Positions 1-8,159 of a DNA stretch of 39,711 bases are shown here, one piece after another. Position numbers and translations under genes: made by a program. The DNA is from a phage, in sequence record PZ379184.1, one strand, 5' to 3'. A model generated the notes under the pieces. It searched no databases and was not told where the DNA came from. It saw only the letters and a program-made list of their open reading frames with translations. Each line of letters starts with the position of its first letter. The first letter of the stretch is position 1.

Positions 1-51
1 AGAACCTCAAGTCTCCCCATAGGCCCTCTTTCAGTCCAGACAAAGGCCCTA
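1..51. repeat. Partial left copy of the direct terminal repeat; identical to 39558-39608
   Basis: Exact 51-bp match between window start and 39558-39608. Downstream sequence to about 170 resembles the T7 terminal-repeat region. Confidence 0.8.
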
Positions 52-174
52 CCCCAGTCTATCATAAGGCTGGACCGATGGTCAAGACGTTAGGTCAACG
101 ATAGGTCTAGGCTATGGCTTAGGGAAGGACGATAGGTTGGGACTATTGGTCTTCTTTGAGTCTCTATCTGTATA

Positions 175-297
175 ACCATAAGTCACAACCATAGGTCACA
201 GCCTACCTCTCACAACCATAAGTCATAACCTACAGTCTCACTAACCTACAGTCTCAACCATAAGACACCAACACCTACAGTCATAGACCTACAGTTA
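175..297. repeat. Array of about 9 short direct repeats (CCTACAGTC / CCATAAGTC), analogous to T7 ACCTAAAG repeats next to the terminal repeat
   Basis: Recurring 9-mer at 12-20 bp spacing, read directly; similar motifs recur at 39469-39507. Confidence 0.7.
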
Positions 298-546
298 ATA
301 GACACAAAGCTATAGACTTGAGGTCTAAGACATGTTAGTCAAAGACTATATCCTCTTACACCATGGGGCCGACGATAGCTTAATCAATATTATTTCGAAT
401 TACCCATTGACTATAGGTCCAGACTATGGCCTAATAGCTTCCGTCAACACGACACGGCAACAACCGGATAGTGAAGACGCCGGTCCGGTCCGGTTAAGTA
501 GTCAGCCTGTAAGACATACGAACAACAGGCAACCGACAGAAAGTAG

Positions 547-576
547 TTGACAGGCAGTAACGACTTAAAGTAATAT
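547..576 (+). promoter_or_regulatory. Host sigma70 early promoter (A1-like): TTGACA, 18-nt spacer, TAATAT
   Basis: Consensus -35 and near-consensus -10 upstream of the early genes, at the position where T7 has A1-A3. Confidence 0.55.
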
Positions 577-695
577 GTACCACATCGAAACAACGGTGAT
601 GACCAACACTGAATGGTCTACCTGAAGTCCTCTGACTGAAGGGAATGCTCTTTAACAATCTGGATAAACTCTTAATGTGCGCCGATAGCGGCTAA

Positions 696-749
696 CTACA
701 GGGCCTTTGAGTCTACATCTGAAGGCCCTGACTGATAGTCACTAACTTA
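696..749 (+). promoter_or_regulatory. Intergenic hairpin element (R0.3-like RNase III site candidate); 9-bp stem CAGGGCCTT/AAGGCCCTG then CTGACTGATAGTCACTAAC
   Basis: Perfect inverted repeat 699-707/722-730. Flanking CTCTTTAACAATCTGG (642-657) matches the T7 R0.3 region as recalled. Related copies at 1018-1065 and 1748-1790. Confidence 0.5.
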
Positions 750-762
750 AAGGATGGACACT

Positions 763-1008
763 ATGAAACACTTAAGCACAATCACTAATCGCAATGAAGT
801 ATTCGTGAACACTAAAGGTTATGCTTGGATTCAGCTTAAAGAGATGACAGGAGCGCGTCACCGTGTGGTAGTGCGCAAGGTATCAAGCAAGCAGTTCAGC
901 AACTACAGCGTCGATACTGTGCGTATAGACAACGAGACATACCTGATAGACTCGCAGATAACCGTGAGTCCTACAGTGGGCGTCTCAGCTCCTTATTTCG
1001 CTAACTGA
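763..1008 (+). CDS. Hypothetical early protein, first gene of the early operon
   Basis: ORF with SD-like AAAGGATGG 9 nt upstream of ATG 763 (alternative ATG 754). No homolog recognised; no T7 gene lies upstream of 0.3. Confidence 0.6.
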   Translation: MKHLSTITNRNEVFVNTKGYAWIQLKEMTGARHRVVVRKVSSKQFSNYSVDTVRIDNETYLIDSQITVSPTVGVSAPYFAN

Positions 1009-1091
1009 GAGTGATTAACTACAGGTCGTTAGACTGATAGCGGCCTGACTGATAGTCACTAACACATAATTAACTTTGAGAGGATATAACT

Positions 1092-1595
1092 ATGGAACGT
1101 AATGCTAACGCATACTATGAGCTGCTGGCTGCAACCGTTGAGGCATTTATCGAGCGTATTCAGTACGACCACCTGACTCAAGATGACGACTACAGCGCTG
1201 CGCTGCATGAGGTCGTAGACGGTCAGGTTCCACACTATTACCACGAGATTTTTACGGTGATGGCTGCTGATGGTATAGACAACGAGTTCGAAGACTCTGG
1301 GATGATACCTGAAACCAAGGACGTAACGCGTATCCTACAAGCTCGCATCTATGAGGCACTTTATAACGACGTGTCTAATAGCTTGGATGTAGTCTGGTTT
1401 GAGGATGAAGAGGCAGACGAAGAGGATGAATATTGGGTAGTTGACGCTAAAACAGGCGCAATAATTGTGCAAGCTGTAGCTCTTGAGGTCGCTACTGCAT
1501 GTGCCAAGGTCAACTATGTGATAGGTCGCCACCTTCAGGTGGAAGACATCAATGATAACGTAGTGTTTGACCCTGCTGCTGAGGACTGCGAGTGA
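1092..1595 (+). CDS. 0.3: Ocr-like DNA-mimic anti-restriction protein (T7 gp0.3 homolog) with a C-terminal extension of about 45 aa
   Basis: VPHYYHEIFTVMAADGIDNEFEDSGMIPETKDVTRILQARIYEAL aligns closely with recalled T7 Ocr; acidic tail; 167 aa versus 117 aa in T7. Confidence 0.85.
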   Translation: MERNANAYYELLAATVEAFIERIQYDHLTQDDDYSAALHEVVDGQVPHYYHEIFTVMAADGIDNEFEDSGMIPETKDVTRILQARIYEALYNDVSNSLDVVWFEDEEADEEDEYWVVDAKTGAIIVQAVALEVATACAKVNYVIGRHLQVEDINDNVVFDPAAEDCE

Positions 1596-1744
1596 TGGTA
1601 ACTTATGGCCTCTGCCAGCACCACGTCACTAACGCCCGGCTTATGGTCAAGACCGGGCAGTTAAACCACGATGCGACTATGCGTCACCTGAAAGCGGTCT
1701 ACGAGGGCCGCAAGCGTATACACGACAGTTTACACGCTAAGTGA
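1595..1744 (+). CDS. Hypothetical small early protein (49 aa)
   Basis: ATG overlaps the Ocr stop (ATGA coupling); ends just before the next intergenic element. Below the ORF-track cutoff. Confidence 0.4.
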   Translation: MVTYGLCQHHVTNARLMVKTGQLNHDATMRHLKAVYEGRKRIHDSLHAK

Positions 1745-1807
1745 CAGACTACAGGTCATCAATGCTGGTGGCCTGACTGATAGTCATTAACAACTGAGAG
1801 GGAAGAT

Positions 1808-2035
1808 ATGAACACAATCACTGGTGCCATAACCAAAGGTTTTCGAGCAATTTTCGGTGAAACGCAAGAAGTATGCACCAATCATAAATTCGTACTTTCT
1901 TGCGTAGCAGGTGACGAGTTTGACGGGTTCGATAAACTGGTGGTTTGCGACCATTGCGGACAAGAGGCTATCCAACACTCAAACGGTAAATTTGAATTAA
2001 TAGACGATAGCCTTACAGAAGGAGACGGCGAGTAA
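1808..2035 (+). CDS. Hypothetical early protein (75 aa) with cysteine/histidine cluster; possible small zinc-binding protein
   Basis: SD GAGAGGGA before ATG; contains C..H, C..C, CDHC spacing. Confidence 0.6.
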   Translation: MNTITGAITKGFRAIFGETQEVCTNHKFVLSCVAGDEFDGFDKLVVCDHCGQEAIQHSNGKFELIDDSLTEGDGE

Positions 2036-2167
2036 CCTAAATAAACAGGAGAGAACCAAATCATAGCTTTACCATAACACTGACGTGATGGTACTGAGTG
2101 ATAGACGAGAGGTCATCGACTGATAGGTGGCCTCAAAGATTACCACTTAAATTGATAGAGGTTAACT

Positions 2168-2257
2168 ATGAGTGTTGGACATTGGGTCTGCCTAGCGCCA
2201 GTTGTCTGGATGATAGGCTATGGGTTATACGACTGTATTAAACGGAAATCACTATGA
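2168..2257 (+). CDS. Hypothetical small hydrophobic peptide (29 aa)
   Basis: SD AGAGG before ATG 2168; hydrophobic core WVCLAPVVWMIGYGLY; stop overlaps the next ATG. Confidence 0.35.
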   Translation: MSVGHWVCLAPVVWMIGYGLYDCIKRKSL

Positions 2258-2451
2258 GTATCGAACTATTGATAGCCATAGGCTATGGACTTATCGCCTA
2301 CATGCTGATGAGAGACATCAACAAGGCAAGTAAAGTCTACAGATTCAACTATGTACGTCGGGGCCGCTGGACTGTACGTCAACCTAACGGACGATTCCTG
2401 CGCAATTTAGCGAACGTCTGGGATATAGCAACTCTTGGGAGCAAACTGTAA
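2254..2451 (+). CDS. Hypothetical early protein (65 aa), N-terminal transmembrane helix and basic C-terminus
   Basis: ORF coupled to neighbours by ATGA/TAATG overlaps. Confidence 0.55.
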   Translation: MSIELLIAIGYGLIAYMLMRDINKASKVYRFNYVRRGRWTVRQPNGRFLRNLANVWDIATLGSKL

Positions 2452-2777
2452 TGAACAAGTCATACGGGATTAATCTGGTACACTCTATGGACGCAGAAAT
2501 GAACATGTTAAGCCTACTGGCTACCGGGTATCGTCACGGAACGTCAAGTCACTCCGCACGTCAACAGCAGGAGCGGGACCGGGTACTGCAAGCAAGACTC
2601 CGGGCTGAGGGCCATAAGTCCGAACTGATGTGTCTGGCGTATGGTGGACGACCAATCACCGACGATGGTAAACTTCTGGTATCAGGCTGGAAGGCGATAG
2701 ACCAACGGTCAACCATCAAGCACACGACTCATGGTGACTTCAGTCATCTCCACGCTAACCCGCTGATATGCAAGTAA
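2451..2777 (+). CDS. Hypothetical early protein (108 aa) at the position of the T7 gp0.7 kinase, unrelated to it
   Basis: ORF immediately before the RNAP gene; far too short for a protein kinase. Confidence 0.55.
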   Translation: MNKSYGINLVHSMDAEMNMLSLLATGYRHGTSSHSARQQQERDRVLQARLRAEGHKSELMCLAYGGRPITDDGKLLVSGWKAIDQRSTIKHTTHGDFSHLHANPLICK

Positions 2778-2782
2778 TTCTG

Positions 2783-2805
2783 ACTTAACTATCACTATAG
2801 GACTC
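2783..2805 (+). promoter_or_regulatory. Phage RNAP promoter directly upstream of the RNAP gene (TTAACTATCACTATAGGAC)
   Basis: Matches the consensus of the other ten phage promoters in the window. Confidence 0.65.
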
Positions 2806-2874
2806 AAGGTCTAAGACTCCAAGTGAAAGACCAAAGAGACTTTAAGTGAAAGACTAATAACAAGGACTTTAAGT

Positions 2875-5556
2875 ATGAGCGTCATCTCTATTGATAAACA
2901 CGACTTCTCTGATGTGTCGAACGCCATTGAGCCGTTTAACCTGCTGGCCGACCACTACGGGCAAGACCTTGCAGTCAAACAGCTTCAGCTTGAGCATGAG
3001 GCATATACAGAAGGCGAGCGACGTTTCATCAAGAACCTTGAGCGCCAGACCGAGCGCGGGGAACTGGCAGACAATCAGGTCGCCAAGCCTTTGATGCAGA
3101 CTCTGGTCCCTAAGATTGCGCAAGCCGTCAGGGAGTGGCACGAAGGCCTAGACGGGAAGCTGTCAACCTCGCGTCCTAGCGTAGCGTTCACCATGTTGAG
3201 CACTGAAGAGAAGGCCGTAAAGGACCGCTCTATGCGCATCCCCTGTGAGTCCGCTGCGGTTATCATACTGAAGGTCATACTCTCCAAGCTGGTCAAGCCT
3301 GAAGGGATACCGATTACACCGATGGCCTCCGCGATAGGTCGCACACTTGAGGACGAAATCCGCTTCGGTCGCATCCGTGACAAAGAGAAGGAGCACTTCA
3401 AGAAGGCGATAGCTGAGAACCTGAACAAGCGAGCTGGGGCATCCTACAAGAAAGCATACATGCAAGCGGTCGAGGCGTCCATGCTGGAGCAAGGCCAACT
3501 GGAAGATGCATGGGGGACTTGGAGTCCTACAGAGGCTGTCCACGTTGGCATCAAGATGCTCGAGATTGTCATCCAGTCAACACAACTGGTCGAGCTTAAG
3601 CGGTACGGTGCTGGTAATGCAGCGGCTGACGTAGAGATGGCCCACCTGTCAGACTTCTGGGTCAAGAAGATGGCACAACGAGGATTCAGCCTTGCGGGTA
3701 TCGCTCCAGTCTACCAGCCTTGCGTCGTTCCACCTAAGCCGTGGACTGGTGTCGTAGGTGGTGGGTACTGGGCCAAAGGTCGCAGACCGTTACCATTGAT
3801 TCGCTTAGGGTCTAAGTCTGCGGTAGCACGTTATGAAGACGTATACATGCCTGAAGTCTATGACGCTGTGAACATCATTCAGAATACACCTTGGAAAGTT
3901 AACAAGAAGGTATTGGACGTGGTGAACATGGTCGAGAAGCTGAACAACACGCCTATTGATGACATCCCTCAGTTGGAACCGCTGAAGCCTGAGGACTATG
4001 CTGGTGAAACCGAGGAGGAACTCAAGGCATGGAAGAAGGCTGCTGCTGGTATCTATCGCCGCGAGAAGGCCAGACAGTCACGCAGATTGTCCATGAGTTT
4101 CATCGTATCACAGGCCAACAAGTTCTCACAGTTTAAGGCCATCTGGTTCCCGTACAACATGGATTGGCGAGGTCGTGTCTACGCTGTCCCGATGTTCAAC
4201 CCTCAGGGTAACGACATGCAGAAGGGTCTACTGACTCTGGCGGTCGGAAAGCCTATCGGGGCGGATGGTTTCAAATGGCTTAAAGTCCACACCGCCAACT
4301 GCGCGGGTGTCGATAAGGTAACCTTTGAGGAGCGTATCAAATGGGTGGAAGACAATCACGAGAACATTCTGGCAGCAGCCAAATCACCGATGGACAGCAT
4401 CGAGTGGTGGGGGAGTATGGACAGCCCCTTCTGCTTCCTAGCGGCTTGCTTCGAGTATTCTGGGGTGATGAACCATGGCTTGACCTACAATTGCTCACTT
4501 CCGATTGCCTTCGACGGCTCGTGTTCGGGGATTCAGCACTTCAGCGCGATGCTGAGGGACCACGTAGGCGGACATGCAGTGAACTTAACGCCGTCTGGTC
4601 AGGTGCAGGACATCTACCGTATAGTCTCAGACCGTGTGTCAGACCAGTTGAAAGAGCTATTACTGAGCGGTACGGACGACGAGCTGGTGACCGTAGAGGA
4701 CAAGAAGACTGGGGAAATCAGCGAACGCCTGAAGCTTGGGACCAAGAGTCTTGCGCGTCAGTGGCTGCAATTCGGTATGTCTCGCTCGGTCACTAAGCGC
4801 TCGGTCATGACTCTGGCCTACGGGTCGAAAGAGTATGGGTTCGCCGACCAAGTGTTCGAAGACACCGTGATGCCAGCGATTGACTCCGGTAAGGGAGCAA
4901 TGTTCACCGAGCCAAGCCAAGCGTCTCGCTTCATGGCTAAGATGATTTGGGAAGCTGTGAGTGTGACAGTAGTTGCTGCGGTTGACGCGATGAAGTGGCT
5001 TCAAGGTGCCGCCAAGCTGCTGGCTGCTGAAGTGAAGGACAAGAAGACTGGTGAAATCCTGAAGCCATGCCTTCCGGTACACTGGGTCACACCTGATGGG
5101 TTCCCGGTCTGGCAGGAATACCGCAAGAAGGATACCACTCGTCTGAACCTGATGTTCTTAGGGTCCTTCAACCTTCAACCTACGGTCAACAAAGGTACGA
5201 AGAAAGAGCTGGACAAGCACAAGCAGGAGTCAGGCATTAGCCCGAACTTCGTCCACTCACAAGATGGTAGCCACCTCCGCAAGACTGTAGTCCACACTCA
5301 CCGAAAGTATGGCGTGATGTCATTCGCAGTGATTCACGATAGCTTCGGGACCATCCCGGCTGACGCTGAGTATCTGTTCCGTGGCGTCCGTGAGACGATG
5401 GTAGAGACTTACCGCGATAACGATGTGCTGCTTGACTTCTACGAGCAGTTTGAATACCAGCTTCATGAAAGTCAGCGCGACAAGTTGCCTGAGCTTCCGA
5501 AGAAAGGTAAACTGAATATCGAAGACATCTTGTCTTCAGACTTTGCATTCGCTTAA
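2875..5556 (+). CDS. 1: DNA-directed RNA polymerase, single subunit (T7 gp1 homolog, 893 aa)
   Basis: Collinear similarity to recalled T7 RNAP (FSDxxxxIEPFNLLADHYG, CVVPPKPWTG, WFPYNMDWRGRVYAV, HDSFGT, C-terminal SDFAFA). Confidence 0.97.
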   Translation: MSVISIDKHDFSDVSNAIEPFNLLADHYGQDLAVKQLQLEHEAYTEGERRFIKNLERQTERGELADNQVAKPLMQTLVPKIAQAVREWHEGLDGKLSTSRPSVAFTMLSTEEKAVKDRSMRIPCESAAVIILKVILSKLVKPEGIPITPMASAIGRTLEDEIRFGRIRDKEKEHFKKAIAENLNKRAGASYKKAYMQAVEASMLEQGQLEDAWGTWSPTEAVHVGIKMLEIVIQSTQLVELKRYGAGNAAADVEMAHLSDFWVKKMAQRGFSLAGIAPVYQPCVVPPKPWTGVVGGGYWAKGRRPLPLIRLGSKSAVARYEDVYMPEVYDAVNIIQNTPWKVNKKVLDVVNMVEKLNNTPIDDIPQLEPLKPEDYAGETEEELKAWKKAAAGIYRREKARQSRRLSMSFIVSQANKFSQFKAIWFPYNMDWRGRVYAVPMFNPQGNDMQKGLLTLAVGKPIGADGFKWLKVHTANCAGVDKVTFEERIKWVEDNHENILAAAKSPMDSIEWWGSMDSPFCFLAACFEYSGVMNHGLTYNCSLPIAFDGSCSGIQHFSAMLRDHVGGHAVNLTPSGQVQDIYRIVSDRVSDQLKELLLSGTDDELVTVEDKKTGEISERLKLGTKSLARQWLQFGMSRSVTKRSVMTLAYGSKEYGFADQVFEDTVMPAIDSGKGAMFTEPSQASRFMAKMIWEAVSVTVVAAVDAMKWLQGAAKLLAAEVKDKKTGEILKPCLPVHWVTPDGFPVWQEYRKKDTTRLNLMFLGSFNLQPTVNKGTKKELDKHKQESGISPNFVHSQDGSHLRKTVVHTHRKYGVMSFAVIHDSFGTIPADAEYLFRGVRETMVETYRDNDVLLDFYEQFEYQLHESQRDKLPELPKKGKLNIEDILSSDFAFA

Positions 5557-5571
5557 CAACAGGAGAAGTAT

Positions 5572-5802
5572 ATGTCAATGAAACTTGTAGCACACAACAG
5601 GGTATTCAACGATGGGTCGGGACGTTGCCATGTAGAGCTGACTTATAAGGATTTAATCATTCTCCGAGACAGATTACAGTCGGGTGTGACTGGGTGGATT
5701 CAACCTAACGAGTACAACCTTATAGCTTCGATTGATGAAGTTCTTAACGCGTGGATGGAAGACGAGCGCATTCAGTATCCGTCATTCCCTCTAATTAGAT
5801 AA
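5572..5802 (+). CDS. Hypothetical protein (76 aa)
   Basis: SD AGGAG before ATG; no counterpart recognised in T7 between genes 1 and 1.1. Confidence 0.55.
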   Translation: MSMKLVAHNRVFNDGSGRCHVELTYKDLIILRDRLQSGVTGWIQPNEYNLIASIDEVLNAWMEDERIQYPSFPLIR

Positions 5803-5812
5803 GGAGAGAGTT

Positions 5813-6028
5813 ATGAAATTTGCACACAAGCATACTGGCGTTAATGGTGGGACTCAAATCGTGACCGTAACAGAACACAACGGCAAGGGTCTGGTGAAGA
5901 CCACGGTCATCCCTACCGAGATGTCCAAGCAGCTTAACATCCCGTTCAAGACTCTTGTATATCTTGTGGAATCCAGCCACGAGAAATACCTGAAAGACGC
6001 AGTGACCAAGCTGGAGCAGACCAAATGA
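5813..6028 (+). CDS. Hypothetical protein (71 aa)
   Basis: SD AAGGAGAG before ATG; no homolog recognised. Confidence 0.55.
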   Translation: MKFAHKHTGVNGGTQIVTVTEHNGKGLVKTTVIPTEMSKQLNIPFKTLVYLVESSHEKYLKDAVTKLEQTK

Positions 6029-6102
6029 CAGACCTACAGTTACTGGCCTTGTGGCTGGGAGCACTCGCAGTATTCACTTTAATCCAAAGCAGAAGAGGTT
6101 AA

Positions 6103-6125
6103 CCTAAACTATCACTATAGGATTA
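6103..6125 (+). promoter_or_regulatory. Phage RNAP promoter (phi1.1 position)
   Basis: AAACTATCACTATAGGATTAG; consensus match. Confidence 0.75.
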
Positions 6126-6165
6126 GACTCAAGGTCATGACTCAAAGTCGTGGCCTTCATGATTA
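6125..6165 (+). promoter_or_regulatory. RNase III processing site candidate (R1.1-like): AGACTCAAGGTCAT..GTGGCCTTCATGATTA
   Basis: Resembles recalled T7 R1.1 (ACTCAAGGTCAT...GTGGCCTTTATGATTA); same element recurs at 13224-13261 and 36548-36588. Confidence 0.65.
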
Positions 6166-6195
6166 ACCCTAACTCATTCAATCAGGAGCTACACC

Positions 6196-6375
6196 ATGTA
6201 TCAGAACACTATCAACTTCGAGCGAATCCGTGAACGTCAGCAGACTGAAGATTATATTCCGAAGGGACGCAAGCTGAACAAGACCAAGCGTGGTGGAGGT
6301 GTCAAGGGTGCTTTCCGTAACGCTGAAGGCAAAGACTCTATGGTCAACCAAGAGAAGTATTTCGTAGGAGCGTAA
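6196..6375 (+). CDS. 1.1: gp1.1-like small basic protein (59 aa)
   Basis: Contains KGRKLNKTKR, matching the recalled T7 gp1.1 motif; below the ORF-track cutoff. Confidence 0.65.
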   Translation: MYQNTINFERIRERQQTEDYIPKGRKLNKTKRGGGVKGAFRNAEGKDSMVNQEKYFVGA

Positions 6376-6378
6376 GAC

Positions 6379-6666
6379 ATGAGCATGTTCTCAAGAGCGC
6401 ATAGCGGCAACCTGAACACTCTTCGTACAGCCATCCACAACTGGCAGACCGAGACGGACTACAATGCAGAGGTCAGCACTTGGTTTGACCAAGTGATGCA
6501 CAGGACTTGTATCAAAGCTGTAATAGTCCACGTTCACACACGAGAGGTCCTCATTGAGAAGGACTTCACGGAGTACCCGAATATCCACGACGAAGATGTG
6601 CAGACCGTAGCGGTTGCCACTTGGTTTAACAAACAGTTCAACGACTACACTGGTCGATTCCTTTAA
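6379..6666 (+). CDS. 1.2: gp1.2-like protein (in T7, inhibitor of host dGTPase)
   Basis: Shares SGNL near the N-terminus and HDEDV with recalled T7 gp1.2; position between 1.1 and ligase. Confidence 0.65.
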   Translation: MSMFSRAHSGNLNTLRTAIHNWQTETDYNAEVSTWFDQVMHRTCIKAVIVHVHTREVLIEKDFTEYPNIHDEDVQTVAVATWFNKQFNDYTGRFL

Positions 6667-6683
6667 TTCTGGAGACATTAACG

Positions 6684-7769
6684 ATGATAACTATTAAAAC
6701 TAACCCGCACCGCGCTGTAGATTACTCTGAGTCTGGCGTTAAGAAGGCTCTGGAAGCTGCCGGGTCGCTGGAAGCTGAAGTGAAGTACGATGGCGTCCGG
6801 TTGAATCTTCTGGTCTTCCCTACTGGTGAGACTCAATGGTTGAGTCGTGAGTCTAAACCTCTCCCAGCTCTTGAGTGGCTGTCAGTCCTTACCAACATCG
6901 ACAACATCGTTGATGACCAGCAAAAAGCTAGCGACTGGCGGTGGTTCCTTAAACAGGCTGGCTACGAAGGTACGGGCCTGATGATTGACGGTGAGGTAAT
7001 GGTTCCTGCAACCGACTTCAACACTTCCTCAGGTCTAGTCCGTACCATGTGGTCAGACACTAAGAACTACGCTTGGAATGGCAACCCCGATGCTGACATC
7101 GACACCAAGAAGAAGCATAAGGTCCCTTTCCATCTGGCAACCGACCACATCCGCGTGGTTGTCTACGGTATCGTTGACCTTAACGTCATCAACGACCCGA
7201 AAGCCGAAGGTCCTATCCATAGCGTCACACGCCTGAAGGCCGAAGCTATCGTCCCTCTCCTCCAGAAATACTTCCCGGAAATCGACTGGGTTCTGTCTGA
7301 GTCACACACGGTCTATGACCTTGAGTCGCTCAACTCCCTGTACGAAGAGAAGCGTCTGGAAGGACACGAGGGTCTGGTGGTCAAGGACCCACTGGGTAAA
7401 TACAAGCGCGGTAAGAAGTCAGGAATGTGGAAGATGAAGCCTGAGGAGACCATCGACGGGACCGTATGTGGCCTCGTGTGGGGGACTCCTGGTAAGGCCA
7501 ACGAAGGCAAGGTCATTGGCTTTGAGGTACTGCTGGAGGACGGCATGGTAGTGAATGCGTGCGGACTGACTGAGGAGCAGAAGGATGAGTTCACCGCTTC
7601 CGTTCTAAACTGGCGTAAGGGGTTAGGCTCAAGCACTATTTATGGAAACCCGTTTTCTGGTAATCAGGTGGAAGTCCTATTCATGGAGCGCTTCCCTGAT
7701 GGCTCCCTTCGTCATCCCAGCTTCAAGTGCTGGCGTGGAACGGAAGACAATCCAACCGTTAAGAGCTAA
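6684..7769 (+). CDS. 1.3: ATP-dependent DNA ligase (T7 gp1.3 homolog)
   Basis: Adenylation motif KYDGVR; 361 aa versus 359 aa in T7; gene order. Confidence 0.92.
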   Translation: MITIKTNPHRAVDYSESGVKKALEAAGSLEAEVKYDGVRLNLLVFPTGETQWLSRESKPLPALEWLSVLTNIDNIVDDQQKASDWRWFLKQAGYEGTGLMIDGEVMVPATDFNTSSGLVRTMWSDTKNYAWNGNPDADIDTKKKHKVPFHLATDHIRVVVYGIVDLNVINDPKAEGPIHSVTRLKAEAIVPLLQKYFPEIDWVLSESHTVYDLESLNSLYEEKRLEGHEGLVVKDPLGKYKRGKKSGMWKMKPEETIDGTVCGLVWGTPGKANEGKVIGFEVLLEDGMVVNACGLTEEQKDEFTASVLNWRKGLGSSTIYGNPFSGNQVEVLFMERFPDGSLRHPSFKCWRGTEDNPTVKS

Positions 7770-7778
7770 CTAAACGTC

Positions 7779-7815
7779 AACCCAGTGGTCTTCGGACTGC
7801 TGGGTTTCTTTGCTT
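7779..7815 (+). terminator. Rho-independent terminator after the ligase gene (TE-like)
   Basis: GC stem CCCAGTGGTC/GACTGCTGGG with TTCG loop followed by TTTCTTTGCTTTG. Confidence 0.75.
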
Positions 7816-7852
7816 TGTGCTAGAAAGCTATCGTCTGGGCCACCAGCATGAC

Positions 7853-7875
7853 ACTAAGCTATCACTATAGGAAAA
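7853..7875 (+). promoter_or_regulatory. Phage RNAP promoter
   Basis: AAGCTATCACTATAGGAAAAC; consensus match. Confidence 0.7.
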
Positions 7876-7901
7876 CCATAACTCGACCTAAGGAGGCCGA
7901 T

Positions 7902-8159
7902 ATGTTTAAGAACTTAATGTTCAATCGTTATACCAGTACATTCCACCTGTCTCACAACCCATTCGCTTGCATTAAGCGTAACGAGAAGCTGGGCTACTTC
8001 GGGAAGGCCGTTAAGCTGTCACCTACAGTCTTCGCTCTGATTACTCCGAGCAAAGCTGAAGAGGCTCTCCAGAAGCGTGAGTCCAACGTACCTGTGGTCT
8101 ACACTAAGTGGCCTCGCGTTCGTCTGTTCGTTGAGGTAATAAAGGAGCTAACAGTATGA
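7902..8159 (+). CDS. Hypothetical protein (85 aa) at the T7 gene 1.6 position
   Basis: SD AAGGAGG 6 nt before ATG 7902. The track ORF from 7848 would include the promoter, so the internal ATG is preferred. Confidence 0.6.
   Translation: MFKNLMFNRYTSTFHLSHNPFACIKRNEKLGYFGKAVKLSPTVFALITPSKAEEALQKRESNVPVVYTKWPRVRLFVEVIKELTV

Noticed and set aside
405-418. Possible phiOL-like phage promoter (TTGACTATAGGTCC)
   Set aside because: Only the ACTATAGG core matches; the -12 to -7 specificity block does not. It could equally be a weak sigma70 -35 box.
332-550. 72-aa + strand ORF in the left-end non-coding region
   Set aside because: It lies between the repeat array and the sigma70 promoter, has no SD, and T7-like phages have no gene here; likely a chance ORF.
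2891-5082. Alternative-frame + strand ORFs inside the RNAP gene (2891-3094, 4341-4796)
   Set aside because: Embedded in a highly conserved coding region, with no start signals.
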